A DNA stretch of 28,544 nucleotides from Candidatus Sumerlaeia bacterium. Lineage in GTDB: Bacteria; Sumerlaeota; Sumerlaeia; SLMS01. The position numbers were made by a program, and so were the translations under genes. The DNA lies in NCBI GenBank assembly GCA_038208905.1, contig JBBQYG010000039.1, positions 1-28,544 on the forward strand. The letters run 5' to 3'. Positions 23,896 to 28,544 of this stretch are shown here, one piece after another; the first letter of the stretch is position 1; the number at the start of each line of letters is the position of its first letter. The notes beneath the pieces are model-generated. The model was not told the origin of the DNA. It saw nothing but the letters and a program-made list of their open reading frames with translations, and did not search any database.

Positions 23896-26586
23896 CTAGC
23901 CGACTTCCACGGGCTCCCTGGCCACCACTTCCAGCCGCGCCGTGACCGCGGAGACCTGATTCCGGAAGCTGATCGGTCCAAGCCCCTCGGGAACATACAA
24001 CACCCCCGGGGCTGGCCCCCGGCGGACAATCACGTCCACCTCGTGGCTTTCGCCGTTGATGTGGAGGATCGCCCGGTGGCGGGCAAACGGGTCCTCGATG
24101 CCGAGGCCCTTCGCATCCGCCGGGTTGATCTCCGCATAGGGGGTCGCCTTGAGCATCTCGGCGATGGAAGCGTTGTTCAGGTGATAGTCGTCTCCCTGGC
24201 CGTGGGCGCCCCATGTCACCAGAAACTCGCCATCGGCCGCAGGGGCTGACGGAGCGGGAAGGCCCGCCGCCTCGACGGCCTCGCCCTTCCAGCGCAGATG
24301 AGCGCCGTCGATCCGGTAGTCACCGGGGTTGTACAGCGGCGAGTGCTTGCGCGCGCCACCCGGATCGGAGATCGACACATCGTTGCGCGGCCCGCGCAGG
24401 TTCATGGCCTGAAAGGAGCCTTGGAAACCCGGCGCGATCAGCGGCATCATCTCGGCAAACACGTCGGCGACGCTCTCATAGTCGAACTCGTCGGAGCCCA
24501 TCAGCGTGGCGATTCCGGTGAGGGCCTCCCACTCCGGCCGGCTGCCGCCGGCGGGGGGCTCGGCCTCGGTCAGGCGGGCCAGATTGCCCTCGAGGTCGGC
24601 ATAGGTGCCGTCCTTCTCCAGATTGGAGGCCGCGGCGAGGAACACCGTGGCGTGAGCGGCGAAGTCGGACTCGAAGAGGTCGGAAAGAACGAAGAACTCC
24701 AGCTTCTGCAACGCCGCGATCAGGCGCTCGCGATCGGCGTAGGCATGAAGCGTATCGGCCCCAAGCGCCACCAGCGCGCGGATGCGGCCCGACTCGATGG
24801 CCTCGATCAACCCGTGGGCCGCAAGGCCACCATCGGTCGGGAGCGACACATTTGCATCGACGCCCCACGCCTGGCGAACGCGCTTCTCGTCAGAGGGAAG
24901 AACCCCGGGCTGCGCACCCACCGCATACAGCCCGAAGGCGTTCCGCGCGCGCATGGTGGGAGTGTAGCCCCACGCGGCGCCGAGCGCCGCCTTGAGCCCC
25001 AGCGCGGCGGGGACCTCGGAGGCTAGACCCCGGCTTCCCATGTCATCGAGATTGTGGATCAGCAGCCCCTTGCGATAGGAGGCGGAGAGCAGTTCGACCA
25101 ACTGGCCGACGCGCTCGGCGGTGACATTGAGAAGTCCCGCCAGCTCGTCCTTCGCGGCGGCGGTGCCACCGATGGCCTTTGCAAGAAGCGAGAGAACCTT
25201 GGCGATGGCGCCCGGCTGGCAGTGGAAACGCCACGCGGTCTCTGCCGAGAGGTAGGGATCGTGATGATGGCCGAGGAGCACGAGGGGCTTGCCGTTGAGG
25301 CGGGCGTGCTCCCTAACACGCATCGCAAAGACCGGCGTCGTGTGAAGGTAGTCGCCGCTGAGGACGATGGCCGCGTCGAAGCCATCCTCCAGATCGCCAT
25401 CGGCGTGCTGGATCGCCACCGTGGCGGCGTCGGCGGACTCCTGAGTATCCAGCGAAACGCGCCAGTCGATATTGTCGGTGCGGAGCACCGTGCGCGCGAA
25501 CTTCGCGGCGAGGTAGCCCTCCTCCATCGTGGCGCGCGGGCTGACGAGGACGGCGATGCTATCGCCACCGCTCGCGGACTTCACGCGGCCAAGGCCCTCC
25601 GCGGCTTGGCGGACAGCCTCGGTAAACGAAGAGGGAAGCGGCGATCCGCCGATGCGGATGCGGCTCTCGTCCCAACGCGACTCGTGGCGGGAGAAGTCCG
25701 AGCCAAAGCGCGTGATATTGTCGATGAACTCCTCGGTGTCCTCGTTGACCGTATAGCCGTCGTGGATCTTGCGGGAGGGCGGCGTCGTGCGGTAGAGCTT
25801 CCCGTTGCGGGTCCAGTGCGTGACCTTCGCGCCGCTGGCGTCCCAGATGCTGGTGGACTGCGTCTGGAGCAGCTCCCACACGCGGGCCTTGAAGCGGAAC
25901 GGCTTGCTGGTGAGGCAGCCGACCGGGCAGATGTCGATCACGTTGCCGCTGAGAATATTCGAGACGGGCCCCTGACCGAAGGTGCCGATGTAGTTCCCCT
26001 CGCCGCGGTCGAACACGCCCATGACGTGCTCGCCGGCGACCTCGTCGCAGAAGCGCACGCAGCGCGTGCACATGATGCAGCGGTTGCGCTCGATGTCGAT
26101 CAGCGGGTCGGCCTGGGGCTTGGTGAACTTGCGCTTCTTGTCGGCCATGCGGGCGTGCCCGGTGCCGTACTCCATGCTGTAGCGCTGGAGCATGCACTCC
26201 CCGCCGCGGTCGCAGATCGGGCAATCGAGCGGGTGATTCGCCAGCAGGAACTCCATCATGCCATTCTGGCATTCCTTCGCCAGGGCGGAGTCGGTGAACA
26301 CGTGCATCCCCGCGCTGATGGGGGTTTGGCAGCCGATGACGGGCTTGGGCGCGGGGGAAAGCTTGCCGTCGCGGCCCGGCATGTGGACCTCGACCAGGCA
26401 GAGGCGGCAGTTGCCCGCGACGCTGAGCGAGGGGTGCCAGCAGTAGTGGGGCACATAAACGTCCTCCCGCGCGGCCACGGTAATGATCGTCTCGCCCTTG
26501 AATCCGGTGACCTCGCGGCCATTGAGGACGATCTTGACCTGCTCGGTGCCGGGCTTGAGCGCGGGATGGATGGTTTGATCGGACAT
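23896..26586 (-). CDS. nuoG: NADH-quinone oxidoreductase subunit G (896 aa)
   Basis: N1b: YCWH...GNCRLC...GC. N5: HPLDCPICDRGGEC. N4: CIMCTRC...CPVG. C-terminal molybdopterin-oxidoreductase-like domains (EKDGTY...G; INPADA..LG). The true start is ATG 26586 (MSDQT), not the track's 28332. Confidence 0.93.
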   Translation of the reverse strand: MSDQTIHPALKPGTEQVKIVLNGREVTGFKGETIITVAAREDVYVPHYCWHPSLSVAGNCRLCLVEVHMPGRDGKLSPAPKPVIGCQTPISAGMHVFTDSALAKECQNGMMEFLLANHPLDCPICDRGGECMLQRYSMEYGTGHARMADKKRKFTKPQADPLIDIERNRCIMCTRCVRFCDEVAGEHVMGVFDRGEGNYIGTFGQGPVSNILSGNVIDICPVGCLTSKPFRFKARVWELLQTQSTSIWDASGAKVTHWTRNGKLYRTTPPSRKIHDGYTVNEDTEEFIDNITRFGSDFSRHESRWDESRIRIGGSPLPSSFTEAVRQAAEGLGRVKSASGGDSIAVLVSPRATMEEGYLAAKFARTVLRTDNIDWRVSLDTQESADAATVAIQHADGDLEDGFDAAIVLSGDYLHTTPVFAMRVREHARLNGKPLVLLGHHHDPYLSAETAWRFHCQPGAIAKVLSLLAKAIGGTAAAKDELAGLLNVTAERVGQLVELLSASYRKGLLIHNLDDMGSRGLASEVPAALGLKAALGAAWGYTPTMRARNAFGLYAVGAQPGVLPSDEKRVRQAWGVDANVSLPTDGGLAAHGLIEAIESGRIRALVALGADTLHAYADRERLIAALQKLEFFVLSDLFESDFAAHATVFLAAASNLEKDGTYADLEGNLARLTEAEPPAGGSRPEWEALTGIATLMGSDEFDYESVADVFAEMMPLIAPGFQGSFQAMNLRGPRNDVSISDPGGARKHSPLYNPGDYRIDGAHLRWKGEAVEAAGLPAPSAPAADGEFLVTWGAHGQGDDYHLNNASIAEMLKATPYAEINPADAKGLGIEDPFARHRAILHINGESHEVDVIVRRGPAPGVLYVPEGLGPISFRNQVSAVTARLEVVAREPVEVG

Positions 26587-26662
26587 GGGGTTCCTGCCGG
26601 TGGATGGAGCCGCGGAACGCAACGCGGGCTGTGCCCCGCCCCGACGCGGGGCTGGCAGAGGC

Positions 26663-26680
26663 TTGTGAATTTCTTCACAA
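26663..26680. promoter_or_regulatory. Perfect Rex-type operator upstream of nuoG
   Basis: TTGTGAA-TTTC-TTCACAA, with the palindrome extending to C26662/G26681. It overlaps the -10 of a minus-strand TTGCTC(26691-26696)-N17-GAAATT promoter candidate. Confidence 0.8.
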
Positions 26681-26820
26681 GACCCCGCGCGAGCAACGGG
26701 AAAGATGGGCGCCACCCCGGCGAAGCCGTCTCGATGTGCGGCGCCGGTCCAAGGAAATTTGGCCCGCATCTGGCGCTCAAAGGGCAAGTTCACCGCACCG
26801 CCCACCCGAAAGGCCACTCC

Positions 26821-28026
26821 GTGGACCTCCGCTCCGCCCAGCCGTTCGCGCTCCTCAAAAACGGGTTGGGCGAGGCGTTTCCGCCGCTTGGGAAGGCAGA
26901 ACGCTGCGACGTGGCCGTGATTGGCGCGGGTATCAGCGGGGCCCTGGTGGCGGATGAGTTGGTGGCGAACGGGCTGGATGTCGTCGTGATCGACAAGCGC
27001 GACGCCGGGCACGGGAGCACGGCGGCCAGCACGGCGCTGCTTCAATACGAGGTGGACACGCCGCTTTCCCGGCTGATCCCCTTGGTGGGTCGCGACCACG
27101 CGATGCGGGCCTATCGGCTTGGGGTGGAGGCACTGGAGCATATCCACGACGCGGTGCGGGGCCTTGGCGCCGAATGTGGATATGCCGCCCGGCCAAGCCT
27201 TTTCGTGGCCCGCCACGAGCGCGATGTGCGGCTGGTGGAGGAGGAATACAAGCTCCGCCGCGAAATCGATCCCAAGCTCAAGTACCTGGACGCGGGTGCA
27301 ATAGCCGAGCGCTTTCCCTTTGATGGCGCGGCCGCGCTCTACTCTCGGATCGGGGCCGAGGTGGACTGCTATCGCCTCTGCCACCTGCTCCTGAAGCGCG
27401 CCGAAAAGCGCGGCGCCCGCGTCCACGACAACACGGCGGTGAGCAAGGTCGTCAGGGCGCGCGGCGGCTTTCGCATCCAGACCGACCGCGAATTCGACGT
27501 GACGGCGCGGACCGTCGTCTTCTGCACCGGATACGAGTCGCGGGAGTTCATCCCCCGCGAGAACACCGGCTGCCTGAGGTCCACCTATGTCGTCGCCAGC
27601 GAGCCGATCGCCGACTTCTCCACCTGGCCGGACCGCTGCCTGATCTGGGAGACGGGGCATCCCTACTACTACCTGAGAACCACCGCCGACAACCGCGCCT
27701 ACATCGGCGGCCTCGACGACGACTTCCGCTCGCCCAAGCTCCGCGACGCCGCGGTTCCCCGCAAGGCCGGCATTCTGGTGCGCCGCTTTCGCTCGATGTT
27801 TCCCGACATCCCCTGGGAAACCTACTGCGCGTGGGGCGGCACCTTCGGCGAGACCAAGGACGGCCTCGCCTACCTCGGCGAGGCCCCCTCCCTCCCCGGA
27901 GCCTTCTTCGTCCTCGGCTACGGCGGCAACGACATCACCTACAGCGCCATCGCCGCGCAGTTGGCGCGGGACTTTGTGCTGCGGCGGAAGAATAAGGACG
28001 TGGATATTTTTCGGTTTGGGCGGTAG
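26821..28026 (+). CDS. FAD-dependent oxidoreductase, DAO/PuuB-like family (401 aa)
   Basis: GTG 26821 (MDLRS...KNGL); Rossmann motif DVAVIGAGISGA; GSTAASTALLQYEVD, TGYES, WGGTFGETKDGLAY and GYGGN motifs. Confidence 0.88.
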   Translation: MDLRSAQPFALLKNGLGEAFPPLGKAERCDVAVIGAGISGALVADELVANGLDVVVIDKRDAGHGSTAASTALLQYEVDTPLSRLIPLVGRDHAMRAYRLGVEALEHIHDAVRGLGAECGYAARPSLFVARHERDVRLVEEEYKLRREIDPKLKYLDAGAIAERFPFDGAAALYSRIGAEVDCYRLCHLLLKRAEKRGARVHDNTAVSKVVRARGGFRIQTDREFDVTARTVVFCTGYESREFIPRENTGCLRSTYVVASEPIADFSTWPDRCLIWETGHPYYYLRTTADNRAYIGGLDDDFRSPKLRDAAVPRKAGILVRRFRSMFPDIPWETYCAWGGTFGETKDGLAYLGEAPSLPGAFFVLGYGGNDITYSAIAAQLARDFVLRRKNKDVDIFRFGR

Positions 28027-28167
28027 GGGCGGAGAGGCGTTCTCGACGCAATCCCCAGACCACGCGCGCCATCCTCGACGCCCAATCGGCCAAGACGACC
28101 GAGGTGGGTGGGGAAAAAAAGTGCTACGACGCGGGGAAGAAAGCGCCACATCTCCTATGATTCGCGC

Positions 28168-28260
28168 CCCGAAGTCCGAACACTCGTACCGCTCCACCAC
28201 CGTCCCCGCGCGGTCCGTCGCGAAGAGCACCGTGCCCGCGTCGACGGCGTGGAGGTAGAA
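28168..28260 (-). pseudogene. RHS/YD-repeat protein remnant
   Basis: FYLHAVDAGTVLFATDRAGTVVERYECSDFG resembles the RHS segment YYHxDxLGSVxxxTDxxGxVVERYxYxxFG; no intact gene context. Confidence 0.5.
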
Positions 28261-28332
28261 GTCCTTGGATGGCCATCCGTAGTCGGGGTTGGCGGCGCCG
28301 ATGCCGGGGGCCAGGGTGTCGAGAACCCTCAC

Positions 28333-28452
28333 CAGCTCGCCGTGGCCCCCAAGGCGCCCCTCGGCAAGGCCAACGGATACGCGCTCGCCAAATGGGCGCG
28401 GCTATACGTCTGTACAACCAACGGACGCATCCTCATCGACAGCAACGCCGTC
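28333..28452 (+). mobile_element. IS66-family transposase (TnpC) fragment, degraded
   Basis: The frame read from 28321 gives VAPKAPLGKANGYALAKWARLYVCTTNGRILIDSNAV, matching the IS66 motif PKSxLGKAxxYxLxxWxxLxxxxxDGRxxIDNN. It has no start codon and is absent from the ORF track. Confidence 0.65.
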
Positions 28453-28544
28453 TCGGCGTGGCTCGCGCCCTCGCGCCGGTCTCAACCTGTGGGACTAGGC
28501 CACCGACCTGCTGACCCGAATCCCCTCGCACCCCATCAACCGCC

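Noticed and set aside
25054-26820. Apparent 589-aa N-terminal extension of the FAD oxidoreductase (990-aa ORF)
   Set aside because: It is an antisense shadow of nuoG. Family similarity begins at GTG 26821.
26587-28332. Apparent 582-aa N-terminal extension of NuoG (1478-aa ORF)
   Set aside because: It is mostly the antisense of the FAD oxidoreductase and crosses the promoter/operator region. NuoG homology starts at ATG 26586.

Overview
High-GC bacterial chromosomal window, 28.5 kb. The style of the large exported protein suggests Candidatus Sumerlaeota/BRC1 or a PVC-like lineage, but that is an unverified inference. The left ~9 kb is a surface-glycan cluster: asparagine-synthetase-like amidotransferase, Wzx flippase, mannose-1-P guanylyltransferase, DPM-like GT2, a double-domain GT2 and a degenerate MraY/WecA-like protein. 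It is interspersed with tRNA-Thr(GGT), tRNA-Glu(CTC) and tRNA-Gln(CTG). The middle holds an AhpD-like gene, a ~1078-aa modular secreted protein and a stand-alone extended grpE. The right part holds a partial, rearranged complex I operon on the minus strand, in the order nuoG-H-I-J-K-N-orfX-L-M, with no nuoA-F. orfX is a 109-aa gene not listed separately in the ORF track; it is translationally coupled to nuoN and has an Sm/SH3-like sequence pattern. Two Rex-type operators with identical promoter geometry lie upstream of nuoG and nuoH. A divergent FAD oxidoreductase follows, then decayed RHS and IS66 fragments at the right edge. All family assignments come from motif recognition by eye; no database searches were run.
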